In this document: positions 9,861 to 19,426 of the stretch, piece after piece
Layout: every line of letters starts with the position of its first letter
Position numbering within the stretch: the first letter of the stretch is position 1
Origin: Methanothrix sp.
Lineage (GTDB): Archaea > Halobacteriota > Methanosarcinia > Methanotrichales > Methanotrichaceae
Assembly (NCBI GenBank): GCA_963682135.1
Contig: OY821645.1
Location: 512,001 to 576,000, forward strand
DNA length: 64,000 bases
Reading direction: 5' to 3'
The notes under the pieces: model-generated
Database searches by the model: none
What the model was told of the DNA's origin: nothing
The model's input: only the letters and a program-made list of their open reading frames with translations
Position numbers and translations under genes: made by a program

Positions 9861-12800
9861 ATGAAAGGCGATTTCACACGGTTTACATTTGATCCCACGA
9901 AGCATTACAGCAGCGTGCGGATGCAACAGGGACGCATTCAGCTCGATGCAGATTGGAACGAACAGGCTGAGATCCAACTGTATCACAGTTATATCACCAA
10001 TCATGACGTAATTGGACTATGCGGCGCTCCCAAACACAATCCCGGATTTGCTATCGGCGTTTCTTCCGGCGAGCTGACAATAGGAAAGGGCCGTTACTAT
10101 GTTGGGGGTATCCTCTGTGAGAATGAGCAGGATATATCTTACTTAGCACAACCGGATATTATTCCTGAGAAGGTTGAGAGCGACGGCCGGTATCTGGCCT
10201 ACCTCGAGGTCTGGCAGAGGCATCTGACTGCTGTTGAGGATGAGGATATCAAGGAGGTGGCCCTCGGTGGGACCGATACCGCAACTCGCACCAAGACCGT
10301 ATGGCAGGTCAAGCTGCGGCGGCTGGAGACCCTCTCTGCAAATCCGGGCGATGACTGTCCCTGTCCCACGGTGACCCGCATTGCCGGTCTTGCTGTCCGA
10401 ACCGATCCCCTGGGGCCTGAGGATCCTTGCATCTTGCAGCAGGGCGCAGGTTACCACGGTCTGGGAAACCAACTATATCGTGTGGAGATCCACCAGCAGG
10501 GAAGGACGGGCGTTGCCACCTTCAAGTGGTCGCGTGATAACGGCTCTATTGTCCGTGCTGTGGAAAAGGTTGACGGCAACTCGATCACATTGCAGGATTG
10601 TGCCCAAGGCATACAGGATATATTTCTGCCAGGCAAGCTGATTGAGATATCCGATGAGCTGCGGGATCTCAGAGGAGCGCCGGGAGTGCTGGCAGCAGTC
10701 CAGTCTGTGCAGGGCAATGTCCTGGTTGTGGCAGAAAGCAAAAGGATAAGCGGAAAGGACTTTCCATCGAGCGGTAAGCCTAAGGTGCGGCTGTGGGATA
10801 ATCAGATTAAAAATAAGCTGGCGAATAATGATGGCAGCCTGAAGACAGGAGCTGATTGGATCGGTCTGGAGACCGGCATTATGGTCCGGTTTGATCCCAA
10901 TGGCGATTATAGGTGTGGCGATTATTGGCTTATTCCGGCCCGCCGGGCCACAGGCCTGATACAATGGCCTCATAGCGAGAATGAATTCGTGCCGCGTCTG
11001 GGCATAATCCGCCATCGCTGCTCTCTGGCCGTCCTGCAGAAGTCCGGCGAATCATGGTCCGCGTTAAAAGACTGCCGCAGAGTATTTCCTCCCCTCACTG
11101 AGATCGAAGTTACGGGTGGTTCGGGCAGCTGCTCGGTCACAGTTGGAAAAGGCGGAGAGTACTCTGATCTGTCTGCTGCCATCGGAGATCTAATTGGCAA
11201 GCACAAAAATGATTCACTGAAGACGATCTGCATCTGTCTGCTGCCTGGAGAGCATATTGTCAAAAACCTGACTGTGGATACGCCGACGAAAACCCCTCAA
11301 TTTAATTTGCACATAAGAGGCTGCGCAAGCTCCACTCTTCTTGTTTCATCCGGCCAGATGAAGATAATCGGACTGGCCAGCGTATCCTTTGAAAATATGC
11401 TGATCAAGACGATAGAATGCAATGATGAGGCGCTGCACGCATCTGGGGCAATCTTCTTAGAGGGCACGGAGAGTATCGCAGTTCGTTCCTGTCGGGTGGA
11501 AGGTGAGGGAATTCCTTTGCTGAGGATCGGTCCCACCGCCAGGCATATCGTCATCAGTAATAGCTTCCTACTTCCCACAGATGTTAGCGAGAGGTTAGCT
11601 CTGGTAATTCATCAGGTAACTGAAGATGCGACCCTGACCCACAATTGGATCAGAGGAAAGCTAAGCCTGGGTCCGACGGGAGTGCATATCGGTACCTGGC
11701 CGGATCTATCTCGCCAGGAGATGAGCCTTGCTGGCGATCTCATGAGGCGTGGTCTGCTCAAGCTGGGGGGAATGAGCAGCGGAACCTTACGGATGCAAGG
11801 AAACCGGCTAACCAGAGTTCTGGCGGGAGATATTATAATTGAGGAGATCAAAGAACTGCTAAAGACAGATGAAGTCACCAAAGAGGGTCCGGGAAGGCCG
11901 TCAAGACCTCTGCAAAAAGTAATTAAATCCTGGTTTTTCCGGCAGGTATTATTCTCGGAAAACATCATTGAAGAGGAGAATGTTGCCCTGCAAGGAAACA
12001 ATCAGGTAATAGGAGAGAGCGTTTCCATTAACTCCAACTGGTTAAGCCCGGCCAGGGGAGATGATACGACTGGAAAGAAGCTATTGGGATGGTCGATGGC
12101 GGACAGCGCTTTTTATGCAGGAAACAGCGGCCTTGAGGATGTTCAGATCTGTGATCTATCCAGGATAAGCAGCAAGGCGGGCAATACCATTGATATCATG
12201 AAGTGCCGGCCTGCCGCTCATTATCTGGCTTATCGATCTCGGGGCGGAAGAGCTCAGAGCTACCGCTGGCATAATGACCGCGTCAGAGCTAACATTATCA
12301 CGGAAAAATGGGAGGAAAACTGTGATTTACTTTCCGCCTTACTGGGAGGCAAGCCGCATTTCCTGCTTCGTGGTCCTACTGCCGATGGAAAGGCGCCTTT
12401 TGCTCTTTATGGCATCAAATCCAAAGCCGTCAGAGAGATGATCTGGTCGGAGAGCTGGGAGTATGATCCGAGTTATGCAATAACCCCTCTGGATATTGGC
12501 GGCCAGATGAACTTTGTCTCTTACAGATCAACTGATGGAGATGTGCAGCTCTGGCGCAGGAATTCGCAGGGAGGCAAGGATATTATCGGCTACGGTTGGG
12601 GCGTAGGATATGAGATAGTGCCGTTTTCGTTCAATTCTGAGCCGCATTTCGTTGCCTACAAGTCGGAGAACGGCAGCGCCGAGATATACCATTGGACATC
12701 TGATGGCAAAAGAGAGACTGTCAGATCGGAGAAGTGGAAAGAGACCTGTAAGCTGGTGCCTTTTGAACTGGAGGGCAAGTCCTATCTCTTGATGTACGGG

Positions 12801-13973
12801 CCCAAAGGAATTTTTAATGACGGACCGGGCAGGTTATTCAACTCGAAGGTCTATATCTGGAATGCCGATAAGAGCAGATCCGAGGCTTATTCTTTTAACC
12901 GCCAGGAAGACTCCATTGTCATGCCCTTCAAGCGGGCTGCGGTTCCTTATGTCATGATATATAAGGAGAGCACAGCCGCTTTTGAGATACATCGCTGGGT
13001 GCAAAAGACGGGGGGAAAGCTGGATCTAGAGATCCTGGCAACAGGGACGATGCCGATCTCTCTGAAGAGCAATCTTACCATTCCTTTTTATCAGGTAACT
13101 GATCTCTATTTCGCTTCTTACGACACGACTACCGGCTTAGCCGTTTTATGTAAAGGATTGGCGGGCGGCACTCCTAAAAATCCAATAGTGACCATTACCC
13201 CGGGAAAGTCCTTCACCTGGCAGAAGGATTCAAATGTGATCGTATTTGAGGCCAATAACCTGCTTCATTTCGTGGTTTACAACCCTAAATCAGGGGCAGT
13301 ACTCTTATCCCGCGGTAAGTCGGAGAAAGAAGGCTATTCTCTGGAGACTGTGTGGACTGGAACCTGGGAACCATCCGATGCTTTGATGGTATTTGATCTG
13401 GGCGGAAAGCCTCACTATTTGGCCAGTATGCAGGAGAAGCGGCTGATTCAGTTAAGCCGCTGGAAGCTGGAAGACGGAACTAATGAATTGATCTGGTCGA
13501 GCGGTTGGGAGGCAGGATATGTCCTTTATAGAGTGCTGCTCTCCGGCCAGTCTCTTGTTCTGGCCTACAAGCCGGGCGACGGGAAGGTGGAGCTGTGCAG
13601 CTGGGATGCAGGTGGTGTGAGGGTGAGCATCTGGGTCAATAGCTGGGAAAAAGGCTACAGCAGGCTGGTCTTCTTTGAGATTGGAGGCCAGCCGGTCTTC
13701 CTGGGCTACCGGCCTGAGGACGGACAGGCAACGCTCTGTAGCTGGGATCCGGCCAAGGGAACTCATGAGGTTGTTTGGAGTGACGAGTGGGGGCAAAATT
13801 ATGCTCCTATGGCCTTCGAGCTGGAGGGCAGCGCTTATCTATTGGTCTACAGGGCGGCGGACGGGCGGGCTGCTCTCTACCGCTGGAACCCTGACGGCAG
13901 CCGGGTGGCGGTCTGGCAGGAAGAGTGGGGGCAGGGATACACGCTGATGCCTTTTTCGCTTTCTGAGGATTAG
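9861..13973 (+). CDS. DUF6519 protein 2 (putative eCIS tail fibre) with beta-helix-like middle and Trp-rich propeller-like C-terminus
   Basis: Same DUF6519 motifs (QQGRIQLDADWNEQ, GNQLYRVEIH, FKWSRDNGS, GDYWLIPAR), ICLLPGEH, then about 12 repeats of 45-55 aa. Confidence 0.85.
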   Translation: MKGDFTRFTFDPTKHYSSVRMQQGRIQLDADWNEQAEIQLYHSYITNHDVIGLCGAPKHNPGFAIGVSSGELTIGKGRYYVGGILCENEQDISYLAQPDIIPEKVESDGRYLAYLEVWQRHLTAVEDEDIKEVALGGTDTATRTKTVWQVKLRRLETLSANPGDDCPCPTVTRIAGLAVRTDPLGPEDPCILQQGAGYHGLGNQLYRVEIHQQGRTGVATFKWSRDNGSIVRAVEKVDGNSITLQDCAQGIQDIFLPGKLIEISDELRDLRGAPGVLAAVQSVQGNVLVVAESKRISGKDFPSSGKPKVRLWDNQIKNKLANNDGSLKTGADWIGLETGIMVRFDPNGDYRCGDYWLIPARRATGLIQWPHSENEFVPRLGIIRHRCSLAVLQKSGESWSALKDCRRVFPPLTEIEVTGGSGSCSVTVGKGGEYSDLSAAIGDLIGKHKNDSLKTICICLLPGEHIVKNLTVDTPTKTPQFNLHIRGCASSTLLVSSGQMKIIGLASVSFENMLIKTIECNDEALHASGAIFLEGTESIAVRSCRVEGEGIPLLRIGPTARHIVISNSFLLPTDVSERLALVIHQVTEDATLTHNWIRGKLSLGPTGVHIGTWPDLSRQEMSLAGDLMRRGLLKLGGMSSGTLRMQGNRLTRVLAGDIIIEEIKELLKTDEVTKEGPGRPSRPLQKVIKSWFFRQVLFSENIIEEENVALQGNNQVIGESVSINSNWLSPARGDDTTGKKLLGWSMADSAFYAGNSGLEDVQICDLSRISSKAGNTIDIMKCRPAAHYLAYRSRGGRAQSYRWHNDRVRANIITEKWEENCDLLSALLGGKPHFLLRGPTADGKAPFALYGIKSKAVREMIWSESWEYDPSYAITPLDIGGQMNFVSYRSTDGDVQLWRRNSQGGKDIIGYGWGVGYEIVPFSFNSEPHFVAYKSENGSAEIYHWTSDGKRETVRSEKWKETCKLVPFELEGKSYLLMYGPKGIFNDGPGRLFNSKVYIWNADKSRSEAYSFNRQEDSIVMPFKRAAVPYVMIYKESTAAFEIHRWVQKTGGKLDLEILATGTMPISLKSNLTIPFYQVTDLYFASYDTTTGLAVLCKGLAGGTPKNPIVTITPGKSFTWQKDSNVIVFEANNLLHFVVYNPKSGAVLLSRGKSEKEGYSLETVWTGTWEPSDALMVFDLGGKPHYLASMQEKRLIQLSRWKLEDGTNELIWSSGWEAGYVLYRVLLSGQSLVLAYKPGDGKVELCSWDAGGVRVSIWVNSWEKGYSRLVFFEIGGQPVFLGYRPEDGQATLCSWDPAKGTHEVVWSDEWGQNYAPMAFELEGSAYLLVYRAADGRAALYRWNPDGSRVAVWQEEWGQGYTLMPFSLSED

Positions 13974-13987
13974 GGGGAGAAGCAATT

Positions 13988-16138
13988 ATGATGACTAGAT
14001 TGAGGAAACCTGCACAGGAATCTGGAAGGTTCGTTGTGCCGCAGCATAGTCATTTCGCATCGCGCCACTTTGCTCAGAGAGCTGAGGAGCACGAGGCCCC
14101 GGCTGCGAAGTCACCTGTCCCCTTCAGCCTTGCCGATATCGACATCTTCCCACGGGAGACCGTGCAGCCAAAGCTGTGGCTGGGGCCGGTCGGGGATCGA
14201 TACGAGGAGGAGGCGGACCAGATGGCCGGCCGGGTGGTCCAGATTATCTCATCTCCTGATCCAGGTCCTGTGCAGAGGCAGGAAGACCTGAAAGACGAGG
14301 ATGAACTGGATCTGGAAGAGGACGGAGCGCTACAGCGAAAAGTCGCAGGACCCGCTCCATCAACCAGGGTCGCAGATCTCGGGCCCGAATTTGATTCTTC
14401 CATTCAACGGGCGCGGCTAGGCGGAAAAACCCTTCCGGATAGCGTCCGCCTGCCGATGGAGCGGGCTTTTGGCGCCGACTTTGGCGGCGTGAGAATCCAC
14501 GCCGATGAAGTAGCAAACAGGCTCAATCGATCGATCCAGGCGCGAGCCTTCACGACGGGGCAGGACGTCTTCCTCAGGCAAGGCGAGTACCGCCCCGGAA
14601 GCTTTGAGGGACAGAGGCTGCTGGCACACGAGCTGACGCATGTAGTGCAGCAAAATGGTAGTAAGATGCAGAAGGAAAATGTAATTCAGCGATATATGCT
14701 TTACAATCCGGGGGCGGGGGCAGGACAGTATCAGACCAACGGAGGTGCCGACTTTACTAGCCAGATCACGGGAGGGGCTGGTAATTCGTTTATTGATCCT
14801 GGTACCCAATTGCCTCGTTTGCAGAATCAGGTAAATCCACCAGCAGTGCGCGTCTCTCAAAATGGCCACCTCGCTATCGAGGACGCTCAACTAACCAATA
14901 GGCAACCCAAGTTCTTCTATGCCAACGTCGCTATGGTGCCTGCATGGAACGATACCTTGCAGTCTCAGGGATCATTCTACCGGCTGGTCGTGGTTGGCGG
15001 GCCAATCCTTACCTTTGTTATGCCTGGAGGCGATGCCCGGCATCTAGCCAAAATCGAGGCGCGAAATCTGGAGCGGGGCAATCAAGGGCTGGGTATGACC
15101 ACAGCCCAGCGATGTGACGAGATGGTGCGAGAGGTACTGGGCACAATAGGTACAGAACCGAAGGCTTTGTTCAATAATGCGCCCATGCAACTCCCTGAAG
15201 CAAATCAGGTGACACAAGAAATCATCCGGCACTACTACGTGGCTGCCGAGCTTGCTTACGAAGCAGCCGGTGGGGGAGGGGCTGGCGCAGGCGGTGCGTG
15301 GGGCGTCGGCGGAATGCCAGTTAACGGAGTGGACTTCTCAAATAGCGATCCTGTGTTTAATGCTGTGGCAGCAAACTACGGCAACGAGATGAATTTGCAT
15401 CTGGGCGCAGTACCCAACGCTGCGCTGGCCGCACGAATGCAATTTCTTGGGGTGAATGAGTACGCAGCTCCCGAGGTAGGCCAGGGACTTGTTACGCACA
15501 AACTGGGAAAAGAGACTGCTGCACCGGGAGCAGGGGGAGGAACACAACTGATTGATGCATACAACAACCGCGTCGTACCAAATCCGAACAACAACACAAT
15601 GTGGGGATTTCATTGGGCAGGAGTGATTGCCAAAGACGGAACAGATTATATAACCATAGAGAACTACGCACGCAATGCAGAAGACAATCACTTACCCCTG
15701 TCCCCTGCTGATCCACGGTTTTACTTCCAGATGTATGGGGCTGATGCCCAATCCTGGCACGCCCAATGGTCGGCTATCGGACGCGGGGGACGAGAGTTTG
15801 TCAACCCGGTTAGCATGGTGGTCGCGGCAGAAGAAACGCCAGAGGTTTACGAAGAGCGAGCGATGCGAAACTTTGGGAACAACATCTATGCCATCCGATA
15901 TGATTACAACACTTTGGCCGTCGTGGGGGCGACGGACGACCAGTTAAGGATCGGACTGTTAAAAGGTTTGGCGTATGCAAAATACATTCTCGACAACAAT
16001 GTTTGGGGAAATCAGGGAACGGTTAATGCGTGGGTGACAGCTGTGACCAATGTTGCTAACCCAGCGGTCACAGCACTGCGCGACCATGTACTGGCCCGAC
16101 TCGGCCAAATCTGGAGAATCCCAATTGTTGGTCTGTAG
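13988..16138 (+). CDS. DUF4157 (eCIS core domain) effector with C-terminal putative toxin domain
   Basis: QPKLWLGPVGDRYEEEADQMA, QR motifs, MERAFGADFGGVRIH...ARAFTTGQDVF...LLAHELTHVVQQ (HExxH), VIQR, then about 480 aa of unrelated sequence. Confidence 0.88.
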   Translation: MMTRLRKPAQESGRFVVPQHSHFASRHFAQRAEEHEAPAAKSPVPFSLADIDIFPRETVQPKLWLGPVGDRYEEEADQMAGRVVQIISSPDPGPVQRQEDLKDEDELDLEEDGALQRKVAGPAPSTRVADLGPEFDSSIQRARLGGKTLPDSVRLPMERAFGADFGGVRIHADEVANRLNRSIQARAFTTGQDVFLRQGEYRPGSFEGQRLLAHELTHVVQQNGSKMQKENVIQRYMLYNPGAGAGQYQTNGGADFTSQITGGAGNSFIDPGTQLPRLQNQVNPPAVRVSQNGHLAIEDAQLTNRQPKFFYANVAMVPAWNDTLQSQGSFYRLVVVGGPILTFVMPGGDARHLAKIEARNLERGNQGLGMTTAQRCDEMVREVLGTIGTEPKALFNNAPMQLPEANQVTQEIIRHYYVAAELAYEAAGGGGAGAGGAWGVGGMPVNGVDFSNSDPVFNAVAANYGNEMNLHLGAVPNAALAARMQFLGVNEYAAPEVGQGLVTHKLGKETAAPGAGGGTQLIDAYNNRVVPNPNNNTMWGFHWAGVIAKDGTDYITIENYARNAEDNHLPLSPADPRFYFQMYGADAQSWHAQWSAIGRGGREFVNPVSMVVAAEETPEVYEERAMRNFGNNIYAIRYDYNTLAVVGATDDQLRIGLLKGLAYAKYILDNNVWGNQGTVNAWVTAVTNVANPAVTALRDHVLARLGQIWRIPIVGL

Positions 16139-16203
16139 TGCGATCGCCGATCTTGTAGGTTGGAGTGCGTTATGGAGTGTTGGGTTGTACTTCGTTTCAC
16201 TCG

Positions 16204-16474
16204 CAATTACTGGCTAAACTCAAGCGGCTCTACAGCCCCGAGGCATTAGCCCAGATCCGCTGGCAGAACGAAAACCCGGCGTCGGTTCGCCACAAATGAG
16301 GAAACGGAGGTGCTGCGCGAGGGATTCTTCAGCAGGATGTGGGACGTGATCTTCTTCATGAAGGGGCTCAAGCAACTGTTCATCTGCTGGTACAATCGGC
16401 GGCATGGGCGCAGAGGCACGCAGCAGGAGGAGCACTTCAAGAGTGTGCTCATGGCAAGCAGCGAGGTAGCCTAG
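16204..16474 (+). mobile_element. Degenerate fragment of a REP-associated tyrosine transposase (RAYT, IS200/IS605 Y1 superfamily)
   Basis: Manual translation across one frameshift: QLLAKLKRLYSPEALAQIRWQ / EETEVLREGFFSRMWDVIFFMKGLKQLFICWYNRRHGRRGTQQEEHFKSVL, matching the RAYT FMK-LKQ-F-x-x-W-Y/F-N-R-x-H-x-R-x-G-T-L-W-E-x-R-F-K-S motif. Confidence 0.75.
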
Positions 16475-16910
16475 ATCAATGATATATACGGATATAAATC
16501 TGCTTTACCTTTTCTTGCTGAACGAACAGAGCACATCTGCGATGGCCACAGTCTTTTCCCCTATCTAGCTGGCATCTTAATTAATAAGCTAAAAAATTTA
16601 ATTATATATATGAATTGTATTTGATTTTTAGATACTAGTATAATAATATAAAAACCATTCTGCAATCTAAGGCAACGGTCATGAGAATGATCTGCTCGAT
16701 AATTAGCGAAAAATTGATTTGGAAGTCATATTACGTAACAAAGTTTTTAAAGGACGACACCCCTTGAGTGTAGCATACTGGAGGAATAATCTTTTCGGAG
16801 ATCTGGAGGCCAGGCTGAAAGGCAAGCGCCTGGGCTGTGAAATCTTTGACCCGGCCATTAGGGCTTCTGAGAGTTCCTGACAAATTATCAAGCTCATGTG
16901 AGATGGTATC

Positions 16911-17258
16911 TTGAAAAGGACAATACTATGCGAGTGCGGCGAGTTCGTCCAGGGTCACACCTTCAAGGATTACATTCCGACCACTATCGGCCCATCCACA
17001 TGCACATTCGGCCACAGTGGCTGCGGGCTGATCTTCAACCTTGTCGACGGAAATCTTCCTAAAAGTTTCTCGACGCGCATACAGCTCAAGGGCATAGCCA
17101 TGAGATTTGCAGAGATGAACAAGATGGAGGACGAATCTGTGGGACTCTTCTTGCTTGAGGTGGATCGTTTGAAGTCTCAGGGCAACATCTGCGACATTGA
17201 TATACTCATTTCGGCCCATAAGGCGATCCAAGGCAAAACCTCATCGGCAGGGGTGTAA
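16911..17258 (+). CDS. Hypothetical protein with Cys/His cluster (possible Zn binding)
   Basis: 115-aa ORF after an AT-rich spacer; CECG...CTFGHSGC. Confidence 0.65.
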   Translation: MKRTILCECGEFVQGHTFKDYIPTTIGPSTCTFGHSGCGLIFNLVDGNLPKSFSTRIQLKGIAMRFAEMNKMEDESVGLFLLEVDRLKSQGNICDIDILISAHKAIQGKTSSAGV

Positions 17259-17312
17259 TATCGAGGGAAATTTGGTGGCGTGAAATATAATCTCAGAAAC
17301 AGGTGATTCTAA

Positions 17313-18146
17313 ATGATAGTAATAGTCTCGGATGTCCACCTCGGCAGCGACGTGGGCAGGAAATGCAGGGGAACCGGACGAGCATGTGACGATCTGGATC
17401 TCGATCCGCTCTTCCAGACCTTCGTAGGGTACATTGGCAAGGAGTATCTGCAAACCAAGGAGGATAGGCTTATCCTATTGGGCGATATCTTCGACTTCTG
17501 GAGAAAAGATGCAGCAGAGGTCATGATAGAGAACCAGGAAGCCGTCTCCAAGATGAAGGAGATCGCCGATCGATCGGTCATCAACTACGTTGTCGGAAAC
17601 CATGATTACTCCATCCGGGAAATGTGGAGAGCGGCCGGCACGAAGAACCTGTTTAGCACTATGGACAAGAGACTTCACCTGGATATAGATGGCAATGCGT
17701 TCACTTTCATGCACGGCCATCAATTAGAGGTCCTGGCAAACCCCTACGACAAGAGCGAAAAGCTTTACGATTCAATATCCTCCATGCTGTGCAATTCTGC
17801 CGGAGTCACAGGTTCGGCTGCGAGCGCGATATGGGCCGCCATAGACCCTGAGGCGCACTTGGATTACATGAAGTCTGTGAAAAAGTCAACATCTGAAAGG
17901 CTCAAAGGCAAACATAGTGCCCTGGATACAGTAGAGAAGCTTGCCCAGTCCAAGTCCCGGTCCATCTACACCGGTGCAGAGGGCTGGCTGGTATACGGGC
18001 ATACCCATAGAGGCTATGTGGATGAGGATAGCATGACCGCCAATACGGGCTCCTGGGGAAGGAACGAAGATGACGATGACTGTGGCCTTGATTATATGAT
18101 CATAGAAGAAGGAAAGCCAAAGCTATGTTCCTACGAAATTAAATAA
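17313..18146 (+). CDS. Calcineurin-like metallophosphoesterase (LpxH-like family)
   Basis: SDVHLG, LGDIFD, GNHD, HGH, GHTH, NTGSW motifs. Confidence 0.9.
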   Translation: MIVIVSDVHLGSDVGRKCRGTGRACDDLDLDPLFQTFVGYIGKEYLQTKEDRLILLGDIFDFWRKDAAEVMIENQEAVSKMKEIADRSVINYVVGNHDYSIREMWRAAGTKNLFSTMDKRLHLDIDGNAFTFMHGHQLEVLANPYDKSEKLYDSISSMLCNSAGVTGSAASAIWAAIDPEAHLDYMKSVKKSTSERLKGKHSALDTVEKLAQSKSRSIYTGAEGWLVYGHTHRGYVDEDSMTANTGSWGRNEDDDDCGLDYMIIEEGKPKLCSYEIK

Positions 18147-18148
18147 GA

Positions 18149-18913
18149 TCATCTAAATCCTTCAATAAAGCTCTTTATGCACCATTTCAGATCCGGGTGG
18201 TATCCGCCTTCCAGCACGGCAAATCTGTGCCCGTCGCACATTTTTGCCCCTTCTTTAATGACTTTGCCAATCCTGTAATAGTCCTCTTTTTTCAGCAGCT
18301 TGCCCCAGTCCTCCAGATATGTGTCAAAGCCAGCCGAAACGCCGACAATGTCGTAATCAAAACCCTGGAATGCTCCATTTACCTGGCTTAAATAGCGGCT
18401 CTCATCCATGTTAAGGTATTCAAAGTTCTCATCTACCGACCAGGGATTGACGATTTTGACATTCTGATCTCCCCGGAAGATGCTGACGGTGCCGTCTCCA
18501 AAGTGCAGGTCAATATCGATGATCAGCGCTCTCTTCGCCCTGGGACGGATATTTTTTATGGCAATGGCTATATTGTTGAAGTAGCACATTCCCCAGGCCC
18601 GATTAGCTGCGGCATGATGCCCGGGGGGGCGCAGCAGAGCGAAAGCAGGCTCGCCCTGCATGGCCATCTCGGCTGCGGCAAGAGCGCCACCAGCCGCAAG
18701 TGATGCTGCTTCATAGTGGCCGCTAAGTATTACGCGATCGATATGCTCCCTGCCGTGGACTTTTCGGATCGCATCCAGGTCACATGGCTGCGGCTCCCTG
18801 AATTGATATCCGGCTTTTTCGAGCTCTACAGCCGGCAATCGCACACGATCCGGATTTTCCACCGGGTTAGCCGGATATTTTTGCTCATATTTTCTGCTGT
18901 ATACTATTATCAC
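18149..18913 (-). CDS. Histone deacetylase-family protein
   Basis: RPPGHHA, GMCYFNN, DIDLHFGDGT, SAGFD, LEGGY. Confidence 0.92.
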   Translation of the reverse strand: MIIVYSRKYEQKYPANPVENPDRVRLPAVELEKAGYQFREPQPCDLDAIRKVHGREHIDRVILSGHYEAASLAAGGALAAAEMAMQGEPAFALLRPPGHHAAANRAWGMCYFNNIAIAIKNIRPRAKRALIIDIDLHFGDGTVSIFRGDQNVKIVNPWSVDENFEYLNMDESRYLSQVNGAFQGFDYDIVGVSAGFDTYLEDWGKLLKKEDYYRIGKVIKEGAKMCDGHRFAVLEGGYHPDLKWCIKSFIEGFR

Positions 18914-19063
18914 GTTATAATTTGTAAATCATAAGGACTATATGAATGGTCCTACACAATGATTCATTCCAGGCCAGGCTGACCGTTAACCCGCCTGGCG
19001 ACCAGTACGAGCCAGACACTGGCGGGAAAAGTAAATATGATACAAGTTCATAAACATCTCTGA

Positions 19064-19408
19064 ATGCCGAATTTCAATGTCCTTCTGGAAGGTGCCTGGC
19101 TGGTAAGAGATGTCAAGACTGAGGATGATGCCATCGGTGTGGCCATCTCGGAAGCCGGCAAGCGGTTGAATCAGAGAAAGATGGACTTCGTCGAGGTGGA
19201 GACGGGTCAGTGGGACTGCCCGGAGTGCAGCGAACCTTTGCCCGGCGTATTTCTCGTTGCCAACACCGCCCTTGTGGCGCTGCTCTTTGAGATCAAGATC
19301 TTTAATGCAGAAAGTGAAGAGCATGCCGGGCGCATAGCCAAATCCTCAATTGGAAAGGCCCTGGGAGCCATACCCCTGAACGTTTTGGAGACGACTCTGA
19401 TCGATTAG
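19064..19408 (+). CDS. UPF0212/DUF555 archaeal protein
   Basis: DDAIGVAISEAGKRLN, CPEC, ANTALV, FNAESEEHAGRIAKS. Confidence 0.88.
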   Translation: MPNFNVLLEGAWLVRDVKTEDDAIGVAISEAGKRLNQRKMDFVEVETGQWDCPECSEPLPGVFLVANTALVALLFEIKIFNAESEEHAGRIAKSSIGKALGAIPLNVLETTLID

Positions 19409-19426
19409 CCCCTTTTTAGAAAAATT

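Noticed and set aside
1-16138. Prophage tail region
   Set aside because: DUF6519 and DUF4157 context fits eCIS; no head, lysis or integrase genes here, though the upstream part is unseen
16560-16760. AT-rich tract as a replication origin
   Set aside because: No ORB repeats or cdc6/orc1 gene; more simply a promoter region or island boundary
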